This document shows positions 7,839 to 16,539 of a stretch of 32,000 bases of DNA, piece after piece. The stretch is from the NCBI RefSeq assembly GCF_014280175.1, contig NZ_CP047931.1, positions 1,380,001-1,412,000 of the forward strand. The letters run 5' to 3'. The stretch's first letter is position 1. Each line of letters begins with the position of its first letter. Position numbers and translations under genes: made by a program. Below the pieces are notes generated by a model. It saw nothing but the letters and a program-made list of their open reading frames with translations, did no database searches and was not told the origin of the DNA. This DNA is from Synechococcus sp. A15-28. GTDB taxonomy: Bacteria > Cyanobacteriota > Cyanobacteriia > PCC-6307 > Cyanobiaceae.

Positions 7839-7991
7839 TCATGGGTCTGGACCTCGTCCATCCAATGTATGCAACCGCTTCCGTTCCAACCGCAGGTAGC
7901 GCTTGCGTTGAGCTGAGCAGAGCGCATCGGCCTCCTCCAGGTCGACGTGCCAGCCAGCGGCTGGTCGATGGTCGGCTTCCTCATGCGTCAT
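7839..7991 (-). CDS. Small hypothetical protein (50 aa)
   Basis: MTHEEADHRPAAGWHVDLEEADALCSAQRKRYLRLERKRLHTLDGRGPDP*; shares SAQRKR[FY]LR with 773-988. Confidence 0.4.
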   Translation of the reverse strand: MTHEEADHRPAAGWHVDLEEADALCSAQRKRYLRLERKRLHTLDGRGPDP

Positions 7992-8109
7992 GAACCTCCA
8001 CTGGCATCGGCACGCGCCCCCTGCTGGCTGATGATGGCTTCTTCTTAATCTGTTGCGAGTCCTAAACTATTGGTTTTTAAAAAGTTGTGCCGAGTACAGG
8101 CCGCATTAG

Positions 8110-8212
8110 AGGTATAGCCGCTACCCGATGAGATCGACTTAGAGCACTGCGAAGAGATGCAGCAGCGGTGGGTGGTGCGGGACTGCCCTGACGGCGTGCT
8201 GGGAAGGTTCAG
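8110..8212 (+). pseudogene. Truncated copy of the 6015-6248 gene core
   Basis: ccgctacccgatgagatcgacttagagcactgcgaagagatgcagcagcggtgggtggtgcgggactgccctgacggcgtgctgggaa vs 6100-6200; no start, in-frame tag appears. Confidence 0.7.
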
Positions 8213-8386
8213 GCGCTGGGTTAGTCGTTAGGTCTGGAGCGGGGAACACTTCTGGCAGTCACGTCTGACCCATGCCTCAAAATACCGCATTGTACTGTTC
8301 CTCTAGGAGGGGTAATATCAAGAAATAGTGACATTGATTGACTCGGCGTAAGTCAATTCTAATATTTTGTATGTTGCAAATTATCA

Positions 8387-9550
8387 ATGAAACAGATTAA
8401 GCCAATTGAGCTAATTATGTCTCAAGTCGAAATTGACGATATGAAGTCTGTTGTCGGCAGCGACTTAATCCTGAACATATATATATCACCAGGAGGAGAG
8501 CCTCACACAGCATGGGATGATAGAGCGCAAGAGGACGTGAAAACTATAACTAAAAAGCCGGCTGAATGGCAATATAAAGTAATGCGTGAAGCCATGGAGA
8601 GAGTCAACAGGGAATTTGATATTACCCTTAACGAGGTGGAATATGAACAGCTTTCAGACACACAAATAAAGCTAACGACCGTTCCTAATGCGGATGCCGT
8701 TAATGGCTGGTGGATTCGTCCCTGGGACGGCATTACTGATATTTATTTATCAATGACATATCAATCCGGCCTGGACGGTACTAAATATCAAGATGCCCAT
8801 GACAATCCCGATAATTACACGCATGACGAATGGGAAAAATCCGAGTGAAAAAAGATTTTTATTCATGAACTTGGCCATTTGCTTAGCCTCGAACATCCTT
8901 GGGACAAAGATGATGGAGACTGGGCAGTTGATGGACCAGACGATATGACTGAATACACATTAATGGGATATGAAAGTTTAGATGCCAGCGGTAAAACGAT
9001 GGATTGGTTCCAGGATGTAGATCAGCGCTCTTTGAGACACATATGGGATGCATCAACAGTTACTCCAGAACCAACTCCTGCTCCGGTTCCAACACCTACT
9101 CCAGAACCTGAACCTGAGCCCAACCCAGAAGCTAAGCCGGAACCTTATGACGGCATCATTGAATCGGTTAGTGGCAAAGGCAAGTTAAAAGGAACGAAGG
9201 TTGCAGATGCCTTCACTTTCGATTCATTTGAAGCATTCACAAAGCAATCTGCTGACAATATCATTGGATTTAATGCGTCGCAAGGCGACACAATTGCCGT
9301 CAGTTCCATTGCTTTCCCTGGATTGAAAGGTGTCTCCGATATCAGCTTTGCATCGACTAGGAGTAAGAAGGAATTCAAGCAAATGTCCAAGGAGGATTAC
9401 GACTTTGTATATTTTGCGAAGAAAGGTCGCCTCTACTTCGATGGAAATGGCGCAGAGAAGAACTGGGGAAACAGTGATGAAGGCGGTCTTGTGGCAATCC
9501 TGAAGGGAAAGCCTGAGCTAACTGTTGAAGACATCACACTGCTGGCTTGA
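8387..9550 (+). pseudogene. Metzincin-type zinc metalloprotease with PE-rich linker and RTX-like C-terminal module, interrupted by in-frame TGA at 8846-8848
   Basis: ORFs 8387-8848 and 8879-9550 share one frame; the read after TGA is KKIFIHELGHLLSLEHPWDKDDGD...YTLMGYES (HExxHxxxxxH plus Met-turn), then PTPEPEPEPNPE linker and serralysin-C-like end. Confidence 0.7.
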
Positions 9551-9608
9551 TAAACCCTTAATTTAGAACTTGTGGCTTCGTCAATTATGGCGGGGTTTTT
9601 TGGTATTT

Positions 9609-9752
9609 CTAATGGAGATGCGTGGGTCGTTCGTATCTTGAGCGCGGAGAAATACCTTTACTGAAATCTTCACACCTTCCTAGTGAGTTGTCGGCCCACT
9701 TCTTGAACTCTTCTACTTCTCGTTTGTAGGAGTCGGACATTGGTTCATTCAT
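9609..9752 (-). CDS. Possible 47-aa small protein
   Basis: MNEPMSDSYKREVEEFKKWADNSLGRCEDFSKGISPRSRYERPTHLH*. Confidence 0.3.
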   Translation of the reverse strand: MNEPMSDSYKREVEEFKKWADNSLGRCEDFSKGISPRSRYERPTHLH

Positions 9753-9995
9753 TTCTTTGAATCCTTTGTTTTTGTATCAATGAGGTCTAGCAATGAAGGT
9801 AGACCAGATTTTTTTTGTTTCTTACTGGCTTCTGCTTGAGCAAGTACTATTAGTTGGCGAAGTGCCTCTAAATGGGGTTCAGAAGTATAATTGTTGGTCA
9901 TTATTTTGTGATTGTGAAATGTATTGGTCTTTTACGGCACGTTGGTTAGATGACGTCTGCCATTACGTCGTGAACATTTCATAGGTGCAAAAGGT

Positions 9996-10027
9996 TAGGG
10001 CTGGGGAAGACCAACCAACCAGCCCTA
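9996..10027. other. Perfect 9-bp inverted repeat (hairpin)
   Basis: tagggctgg ... ccagcccta with 14-nt loop; minus strand is followed by acctttt. Confidence 0.5.
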
Positions 10028-10051
10028 GAGCCTGCACTAAGTCAAAATATC

Positions 10052-10077
10052 GCTATCCCATCAGGGACGGCTTTTTT
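10052..10077 (+). terminator. Rho-independent terminator candidate
   Basis: gctatccc-atca-gggacggc then ttttttt. Confidence 0.55.
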
Positions 10078-10125
10078 ATGCCGGTATAGCTTTTAACGAC
10101 TTCAATACCATTGGTCTGGATTGGC

Positions 10126-10566
10126 TTAAGCGTCAAACCCTTCTGCAGGGTGTACTGTTGATTCAACGATATGAAAAGACAAAAAACACTTGCCTAGATC
10201 TTGAATTTGTAGATGACCTACCACCTGGACAAATTTATATTGTAGTTCGTGGTCATGCGTAAGATCTGATAAGTTGCCTTCTAATTTAGGAGCAAGCAGT
10301 GACTCAAACTTTATTTGGGTTCCATAGATAATCCTATCTGTAAGGGTCGAAGTCGCCGCTGACTCAAGAGTCAGAAATGATTGAGGCTTTGAATACTTAT
10401 GCTCTTGTTTTAACTGCTCAATCCTGTCTTCTAATGTATAGAACTCATAAGAATCATATGGTGTAAGGTAAAGCTCATATTTAGGTGCTTCATCTCCCCA
10501 TTTCCAATGTGGCTCAAACACATTGGCGTTCATTACATAGCCTTGAATCCTAGTGAGTGTCTTCAT
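10126..10566 (-). CDS. Hypothetical protein of the recombinase module
   Basis: ORF MKTLTRIQGYVMNANVFEPHWKWGDEAPKYELYLTPYDSYEFYTLED...; coherent composition. Confidence 0.6.
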   Translation of the reverse strand: MKTLTRIQGYVMNANVFEPHWKWGDEAPKYELYLTPYDSYEFYTLEDRIEQLKQEHKYSKPQSFLTLESAATSTLTDRIIYGTQIKFESLLAPKLEGNLSDLTHDHELQYKFVQVVGHLQIQDLGKCFLSFHIVESTVHPAEGFDA

Positions 10567-10580
10567 TTTAGTTGGTCTAT

Positions 10581-10820
10581 TTAGGTTTGATTGGAAGCCA
10601 CCATTTCCTGTGATTCTGTTTGATCAATCAATGATGGGTGTAGCAAGTCCGTTGGCATACCAACATTGTGGAAGTGCCTAAAGGCAAAGACGCCAAGTAC
10701 ATAGAGTTCATTTCTCAGATCTCTATCACTAAAACCGTATTTTTCCATAGTCGCTATCGAACAACACTTGCTGTTGTTCCAGTTGTAGTCTTTTGGTGTT
10801 AAGCCTTGGTTTGATGCCAT
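10581..10820 (-). CDS. Small hypothetical protein
   Basis: MASNQGLTPKDYNWNNSKCCSIATMEKYGFSDRDLRNELYVLGVFAFRHFHNVG; 14 nt upstream of the 10126-10566 ORF, same strand. Confidence 0.45.
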   Translation of the reverse strand: MASNQGLTPKDYNWNNSKCCSIATMEKYGFSDRDLRNELYVLGVFAFRHFHNVGMPTDLLHPSLIDQTESQEMVASNQT

Positions 10821-11143
10821 AGGTGAATACTTGGTTTAAGTAGTGGATACAAGGGTTCAACGTATGTAGAAACATGATGAATATGATGTCCATTCATCGG
10901 ACATCGCTTTCATCTAGTTTCACCTGCGGTTGAACCCTATTAGTTGTTAGTAAATCAATTCGACAATCCAATCGCTTCGCTCTTGGTGTCTCATTGACTT
11001 CTCGCTTCGCTCGAAGACAGGAAATGATTGTCTTTTAAGGAGTTTTTCCCCCTGTTTGTGTCTGGTTAAACAATCTCATTATCAAAACCCATTGCGATGA
11101 CAGGGATTGTGTCAACAAGTGGTATCGATTGTGTCAGGCGACC

Positions 11144-11980
11144 TTATGAGGCTGAGTTCTGGTCAGAACATTTTGGCTTTCCGAACAGTTCGTCATATCG
11201 TTTTTGACGCTCCTCTTCTCGGTCCTTCAATTTTGTCATCTTCTGTTCCATCAATGCACAGAACTCTTCCGTTTCTGCCTCATCCCAATATTCAATCGGT
11301 ATGCCTTTGGCATGTATGAACTCGTAACCGACATCTAAAAACTTAGATGGCTGCTCATATGGTTTGTAATACTTAGACGTGCGTTGTTCTAATGGGAGTT
11401 CTTCATTGCGTAGATATTCCTCTCTGGCAAGTTTCTTCTGTTCTCTTTGTTCTGGTGTTAATGGCTTGTAATTCAGGCAAAGAGACTGGAATATCTGACT
11501 CATTGAACGCTCTGTTGCAGTGCTATGGCAATGAATCTTGTTCCAAGCAGTGCTTGTGATATCCATAGTCAATCTTTTTTCAGCCTTCCCACTTCGGTAT
11601 TGAATCCTCTTGATAATCGGCTCTACATATAGGACGTTCCACTTATAACGATCAATTGCTTCTGGACTTCTCAACTCCGCATAGCCTGCACTGAGAATTC
11701 CAGGCAAGGATTTCAAGATCATCCTGCTTGCCATTTCCCACTTATGTATTTCAGCATTACTTGCCATTTGTTGAAGCCGTTCAGCTGCTTCGTTTGATAT
11801 GTAGAAAGATATTTGCTTTCTGGTGACTATTACCCCATTGGGTTTACCATCTTTTGCGACCTTTCTGAAGTCACGACTGCCATCTTTTCTTCGTTTTCGG
11901 TTGTATTTTTGGTGTTTGGTGAGTTTTTTAGGCATTGGTATAGGTAATGAATTTTTCTGTGTGACTTTTTTGCGCGTCAA
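11144..11980 (-). CDS. Hypothetical basic protein, possible DNA-binding
   Basis: 278-aa ORF; KKLTKHQKYNRKRRKDGSRDFRK... and VTRKQISFYISNEAAERLQQMASNAEIHKWEMASRMILKSL (RHH-like). Confidence 0.6.
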   Translation of the reverse strand: MTRKKVTQKNSLPIPMPKKLTKHQKYNRKRRKDGSRDFRKVAKDGKPNGVIVTRKQISFYISNEAAERLQQMASNAEIHKWEMASRMILKSLPGILSAGYAELRSPEAIDRYKWNVLYVEPIIKRIQYRSGKAEKRLTMDITSTAWNKIHCHSTATERSMSQIFQSLCLNYKPLTPEQREQKKLAREEYLRNEELPLEQRTSKYYKPYEQPSKFLDVGYEFIHAKGIPIEYWDEAETEEFCALMEQKMTKLKDREEERQKRYDELFGKPKCSDQNSAS

Positions 11981-12129
11981 CAGCGCTTTCTGATCATTGC
12001 AAGCCGAGCAGCTAATGTGCCTCTAATCGCGAGCGGAGAGCCGCTGCAGGATGCTTTGGTGATTGTGAATATGGGATTCATCGTTCTCTCCATTTGAGGC
12101 GGGTTGTGGGCGATCCTGAGCGGAGCTGG

Positions 12130-13458
12130 TCAAAACAGTTCGATCACTTTCTTTTGAACTTTCTTCCTTCCGATCGGGAGCTTCGTCAGATCTCTACTCT
12201 TTCTAAGGACATCAAGTCTGCTGTAGTGCTTCATCAAGATCTTCGGGTCGTGTCCCGTCATCATTGAAAGAACAGCGATCGGAGTGTCTTGCATCAACTT
12301 GTCATCTACGAAAGATGACCGGAGTGAATACAGTGTGTATGGCTTGTACGAAGCCCAGTGTCCTTGCAGCTCTAGGTTCCTCATCGCAAAAGCCCAGCAA
12401 CGGCTGTACTGGGTGTAGTCAAACGGACGACACTCGTTGTAGAAGTTTCCAAATACGTGAGCATTCTTGTTCCATATCTTTGAAACCGAAGATGAGAAAT
12501 GACGCTCCGCGTACTCCTTCTGGTACTGAAACCATTCAGCCAGTTGAGTCCCACAGTTCGCAGGAACCTGCCTTGGCTCACCTGTCTTGGTCTTTCTGAC
12601 GCTGATCTCAGCCACAAGATGCTCCCTATTGTCTGAGCTGCTCCGGGGACCCATAGAGATGATGTCCACGTCACTCCACCTCAGGCTCTGTAACTCCTTA
12701 GGTCTCAGCCCAGAGTTTTTACCCGTCATCACGAACGCATAAAAACACCTCCTCCAGTACGGCGATCGGTGATTGTTGACGCGATCTGACTCGCGGATGA
12801 ACACCTCTCTGATCCAGGTGTGAATCTTGCGCCAATCCTCCGGACTGATCGGAGGGTTTGCCATCAGGTCCTCAGCTCTGACTCGGACAGACGGCACGAG
12901 TTTGAGGGCTGCGACATCAGGCTTGATCTGACGCTGCTTCTTGCACCAGTTGAGCCAGTTGGTGATGACCGTGGTTTCGTTCCGCTGATTGACCTTGGTG
13001 GTCTCCTTGCGGAACAGCACGTAGTCGTCAAAGGTCGTCTCAGTGATCTCCTGCGTGTAGGCCACGCCCTTCCACTTCAAGTAGGCAGAGACGTGTCGGA
13101 GCTTGAACTCCTTGGAACTGAGAGAAAGCTTGGAAATGATCTCGGCATCAACTCTCCGCCTCTCCTCTGACAGGAAGGCATCAATCGAGGCATCAACGGT
13201 TGCCTTTTTGGTGCGACGAGTTGGCTTGACCTGTACCTGACCGCTCGTGATGAGCTGCTGAGTGGTCCTCATCTCAGACCAGACGTTCATTGCCATCGCA
13301 ACGGCGTCGGCTTCAGAGAGGGCTTCCTTCAGTCGCCTCTGTCGATAGCCACCTGAACCGTCAGGTTCTCGGTAGTACCAAGCCGATTCATCACGTGAAT
13401 AGGTGATGACCTCAGCTCTCCCATCAAGGACCTTTCGGCGCTCTGCAATCTTCGGCAT
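12130..13458 (-). CDS. Site-specific tyrosine recombinase/integrase
   Basis: 442-aa ORF; GLRPKELQSLRWSDVD, YSLRSSFVDDKL, MTGHDPKILMKHYSRLD catalytic-region motifs. Confidence 0.9.
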   Translation of the reverse strand: MPKIAERRKVLDGRAEVITYSRDESAWYYREPDGSGGYRQRRLKEALSEADAVAMAMNVWSEMRTTQQLITSGQVQVKPTRRTKKATVDASIDAFLSEERRRVDAEIISKLSLSSKEFKLRHVSAYLKWKGVAYTQEITETTFDDYVLFRKETTKVNQRNETTVITNWLNWCKKQRQIKPDVAALKLVPSVRVRAEDLMANPPISPEDWRKIHTWIREVFIRESDRVNNHRSPYWRRCFYAFVMTGKNSGLRPKELQSLRWSDVDIISMGPRSSSDNREHLVAEISVRKTKTGEPRQVPANCGTQLAEWFQYQKEYAERHFSSSVSKIWNKNAHVFGNFYNECRPFDYTQYSRCWAFAMRNLELQGHWASYKPYTLYSLRSSFVDDKLMQDTPIAVLSMMTGHDPKILMKHYSRLDVLRKSRDLTKLPIGRKKVQKKVIELF

Positions 13459-13556
13459 CAGTCGGCAGTAGCAGTCAAGTCTTAGAGAACTAGACTGGTC
13501 AAATAACTGGTCCAGCTCCTACAAAGGTTCTAGAGAATCCAGTCCACCACTGCAAG

Positions 13557-14168
13557 TCATGGTGTGCGATAGATCCGCTGCAGCAGCCACAGCGAGAACA
13601 GCAGCCCGATCAGGTGGGCGAACAGCACCTGGGTATTGCTCAGCACCGAGAGGATTTCCAGCGACGTGATCGGCAGGTTTTCGGCTGACCCCCGTCCGAT
13701 CACAGCCAGACCCTGCGTCTGATTAGCCGCCTGGATGAACAGCGGACCAACCAAGGCCTGGTAGCCCACAGACGCCAGGACCAGCCCCAGCAGATCAGCG
13801 AACAAGCCGCGTTTGATCAGCCGCGAGGTCTCACCGCGTGAGGGGCGGGCCTCACTGCTCAGGGCCCGGCCATTGCGCACGATCAACCAGCCCTGCCAAA
13901 GGCTGTAGAGCAGCACCAGGAAAGCCAGGGTCGTCAGGGAAATTCCAGGACCGAGACCAACAGCGCGATCGGCATTGCGCGTGAGGCTGCCACCGATGGC
14001 GGTGAACAGCAGGACGCCCAGGACAACCGCCCCCAGAACCACCTGAATCCAGAAGCGGATCCAGCCCATCCGGCGGAGCCCGGCGGACAACAACTGGAAA
14101 TCGAGGCGATCCGCCATCTCTCCGGAGGTCAGTCGTTCAAACTTGCCACCAAAGTGCATCGCACGCAT
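13557..14168 (-). CDS. DUF3611 family membrane protein
   Basis: 203-aa ORF with several TM segments; MADRLDFQLLSAGLRRMGWIRFWIQVVLGAV resembles cyanobacterial DUF3611. True start may be nearer 14117. Confidence 0.75.
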   Translation of the reverse strand: MRAMHFGGKFERLTSGEMADRLDFQLLSAGLRRMGWIRFWIQVVLGAVVLGVLLFTAIGGSLTRNADRAVGLGPGISLTTLAFLVLLYSLWQGWLIVRNGRALSSEARPSRGETSRLIKRGLFADLLGLVLASVGYQALVGPLFIQAANQTQGLAVIGRGSAENLPITSLEILSVLSNTQVLFAHLIGLLFSLWLLQRIYRTP

Positions 14169-15104
14169 CCCGCGTTGATCCCCCTCTGTTCACCACAGGA
14201 CGCCCGCCGACCGACCGCGCTGGCGCTGGGCAGTTTCGATGGACTGCATGCCGGCCACCGCCGTGTGATCGCCCAGGCCATTGCGGGAGCAGCAGCGGTG
14301 CCCACGGTGGTGAGCTTCTGGCCCCATCCGCGGGAGGTGCTCTTCGGTGAAGCCCGGCTGCGGCTTGATCTGCCGAGCGAAAAGCTGGAGCTGCTTCAGC
14401 CCCTGGGCATTGAGCAGCTGGTGCTGGTGCCTTTCACCCCTGAACTGGCCCAGCTGAGTGCCGAAGCGTTCGTCAACACCGTGCTGCTCGACACCCTGAA
14501 GGCCGAGCGGATCACCGTTGGGGCCAACTTCCGCTTTGGCAAGAACCGCGGCGGTGACGCCGACCTGCTGCGTCAGGTGGCCGCGGCCCGGGGGGTGGAG
14601 GTGCTGGTGACGGAGATCGTGGAGGACGACGACGGACGCATGAGCAGCAGCCGCATCCGCGGCTGTCTGGAGAGGGGAGATCTGGACACGGCCCGAACCC
14701 TGCTGGGGCGCTCCTACCGCTTCCAGGGACGGGTGGTGCGAGGCCGTGGTCTGGGCCGGGAACTGGGCTGGCCCACCGCCAATCTGCAGGTGGACGGCCG
14801 CAAGTTCCTGCCGGCACTGGGGGTCTATGCCGCCTGGGCCTGGGTGGACGGAAACGATCAGCCCCTGGCGGCCGTGATGAATCTTGGTCCGCAACCGACG
14901 GTGGATCCCACCTCCCCCTCAGCTGTGGAGGTGCACCTGCTGGACCGCACGATCGAACTGGAGGGCCGTCAGCTGACGGTGGAGCCCGTGAAGCGGCTCC
15001 GCGGTCAGCAGCGCTTCAGCGGACTGGAGGAACTCAGCGCTCAGATCGGCCGGGATGCCGACCAGGCCCGGTCGCTGTTGTCGGTTCAGACCGGTGTTGG
15101 GTAA
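14154..15104 (+). CDS. ribF: Bifunctional riboflavin kinase/FAD synthetase
   Basis: ALALGSFDGLHAGHRRVIAQA, GANFRFGKNRGGDADLL, GRGLGRELGWPTANL motifs. Confidence 0.93.
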   Translation: MHRTHPALIPLCSPQDARRPTALALGSFDGLHAGHRRVIAQAIAGAAAVPTVVSFWPHPREVLFGEARLRLDLPSEKLELLQPLGIEQLVLVPFTPELAQLSAEAFVNTVLLDTLKAERITVGANFRFGKNRGGDADLLRQVAAARGVEVLVTEIVEDDDGRMSSSRIRGCLERGDLDTARTLLGRSYRFQGRVVRGRGLGRELGWPTANLQVDGRKFLPALGVYAAWAWVDGNDQPLAAVMNLGPQPTVDPTSPSAVEVHLLDRTIELEGRQLTVEPVKRLRGQQRFSGLEELSAQIGRDADQARSLLSVQTGVG

Positions 15105-15205
15105 GCGTTGGCCAGGCCCCAGACGATGAACACGCCGATTCCCCCCAGCAACACGATGCCCCAGACAAGAACGTGCATGGGGCTGTCGGAACCACCGTTC
15201 TCCAT
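15086..15205 (-). CDS. 39-aa single-TM protein
   Basis: MENGGSDSPMHVLVWGIVLLGGIGVFIVWGLANAYPTPV*; overlaps 3' end of ribF antisense. Confidence 0.55.
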   Translation of the reverse strand: MENGGSDSPMHVLVWGIVLLGGIGVFIVWGLANAYPTPV

Positions 15206-15247
15206 CACTCAAAGGGGTGCGATCCTCCAAAGGGTGCCACGAAACTG

Positions 15248-16297
15248 ATGGGTTGCGAGTCGTCCCTGGATCCCCGTGTGGCAAGGCTGATCGATGCCAA
15301 TCTCGATCGGGCCCGCGAAGGGCTGCGGGTCGTGGAGGACTGGTGCCGTTTCGGCCTGGAACGGGATGATCTGGTGATCAGCCTCAAGGATTGGCGGCAG
15401 CGTCTCGGCAAGCTGCACCGAGAGCACTACAAGCAGGCCCGCTCCACCGCCACCGACCCCGCGGCTGGACTGGACCATCCGGCCCAGCTTGACCGTCACA
15501 GTCCCCGCCAGGTGGTGGAAGCCAACTGCGGCCGGGTGCAGGAGGCCCTGAGGGTGCTGGAGGAGTACGCACGCAGCGTGGATGCTCCTCTGGCCGCTGA
15601 GGCCGCCGCCATCCGCTACGGCGTCTACGACCTGGAGGTGACCTGCCTGAAGGCCACGGGTGGGAACAGCCGTCGCAACCGGCTGCAGGACTGCCAGCTG
15701 TGCCTGATCACGGCTCCCTGCCCTGATCTGATCGAACGTGTGACGGCAGCCCTGCGCAGTGGTGTGGCCATGGTTCAGCACCGCTGCAAATCAGGAAGCG
15801 ACCTGGAACGACTGGCGGAAGCCAAAGCCCTGGCGGCCCTCTGCCAGGACCACGGCGCTCTGCTGATCATCAACGACCGCATTGATCTGGCCCTGGCCGT
15901 GGATGCCGACGGTGTGCATCTGGGGCAGGACGACCTGCCCACGGAGGTGGCCCGTGGCTTGATCGGACCCGACCGACTTCTTGGACGCAGCACCCATGAG
16001 CTGGACCAGGTGGCGGAAGCGAACCGAGAGGACTGCGACTACCTCGGCCTTGGCCCCGTCAACACCACCGCCGTGAAGCCGGAGCGTCCAGCCATCGGTG
16101 CTGAGCTGGTGGGTCAGGCGCTGGCCATCGCTCAGAAGCCGGTGTTTGCCATCGGTGGCATCACCCAGGCCAATCTTTCGCAGCTCACGGCAGTGGGATG
16201 CCGGCGTGTGGCGGTGATCGGGGCAATCATGGGGTCCAACACCCCAGCAGAGTCCAGCCAAAGCCTGCTGAACAGCCTGTCGCGCCTCAACCACTGA
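15248..16297 (+). CDS. thiE: Thiamine-phosphate synthase with N-terminal extension
   Basis: LCLITAPCPDLIERVTAAL...QHRCKSGSDLERLAEAKALAALC...LLIINDRIDLALAVDADGVHLGQDDLP...VFAIGGITQANLSQL. Confidence 0.92.
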   Translation: MGCESSLDPRVARLIDANLDRAREGLRVVEDWCRFGLERDDLVISLKDWRQRLGKLHREHYKQARSTATDPAAGLDHPAQLDRHSPRQVVEANCGRVQEALRVLEEYARSVDAPLAAEAAAIRYGVYDLEVTCLKATGGNSRRNRLQDCQLCLITAPCPDLIERVTAALRSGVAMVQHRCKSGSDLERLAEAKALAALCQDHGALLIINDRIDLALAVDADGVHLGQDDLPTEVARGLIGPDRLLGRSTHELDQVAEANREDCDYLGLGPVNTTAVKPERPAIGAELVGQALAIAQKPVFAIGGITQANLSQLTAVGCRRVAVIGAIMGSNTPAESSQSLLNSLSRLNH

Positions 16298-16300
16298 TCC

Positions 16301-16519
16301 ATGGCCCTGAAGCTCACCGTCAATGGCGAGGTCCGCTGCCTGGACCCTGAGCCGACGCCCCCCACCCTGGACAAGGTGATCGCCGCCCTGGGCCACAACC
16401 CGCAGCTGGTGGTGACGGAGCACAACGGTGTGATTGCTCTTCGAGGGAGCTGGGCGACCACAACAGTGGGTGAAGGCGACAGCTTGGAGATCGTCACCAT
16501 CGTTGGAGGCGGTTCCTAG
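16301..16519 (+). CDS. thiS: Thiamine biosynthesis sulfur carrier protein
   Basis: 72-aa ORF ending ...DSLEIVTIVGGGS, adjacent to thiE. Confidence 0.9.
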   Translation: MALKLTVNGEVRCLDPEPTPPTLDKVIAALGHNPQLVVTEHNGVIALRGSWATTTVGEGDSLEIVTIVGGGS

Positions 16520-16539
16520 AGTTAAATCAGCTTTCTGTT

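Noticed and set aside
7721-7993. 90-aa plus ORF
   Set aside because: Pro/Arg-rich composition; antisense to the more plausible 7839-7991 ORF.
13460-13556. tRNA or att site beside the integrase
   Set aside because: No tRNA arm and no copy of the 1772-1819 tRNA fragment found here.
15105-15247. TPP riboswitch upstream of thiE
   Set aside because: No recognisable THI-box motif; the space is occupied by a small antisense ORF.
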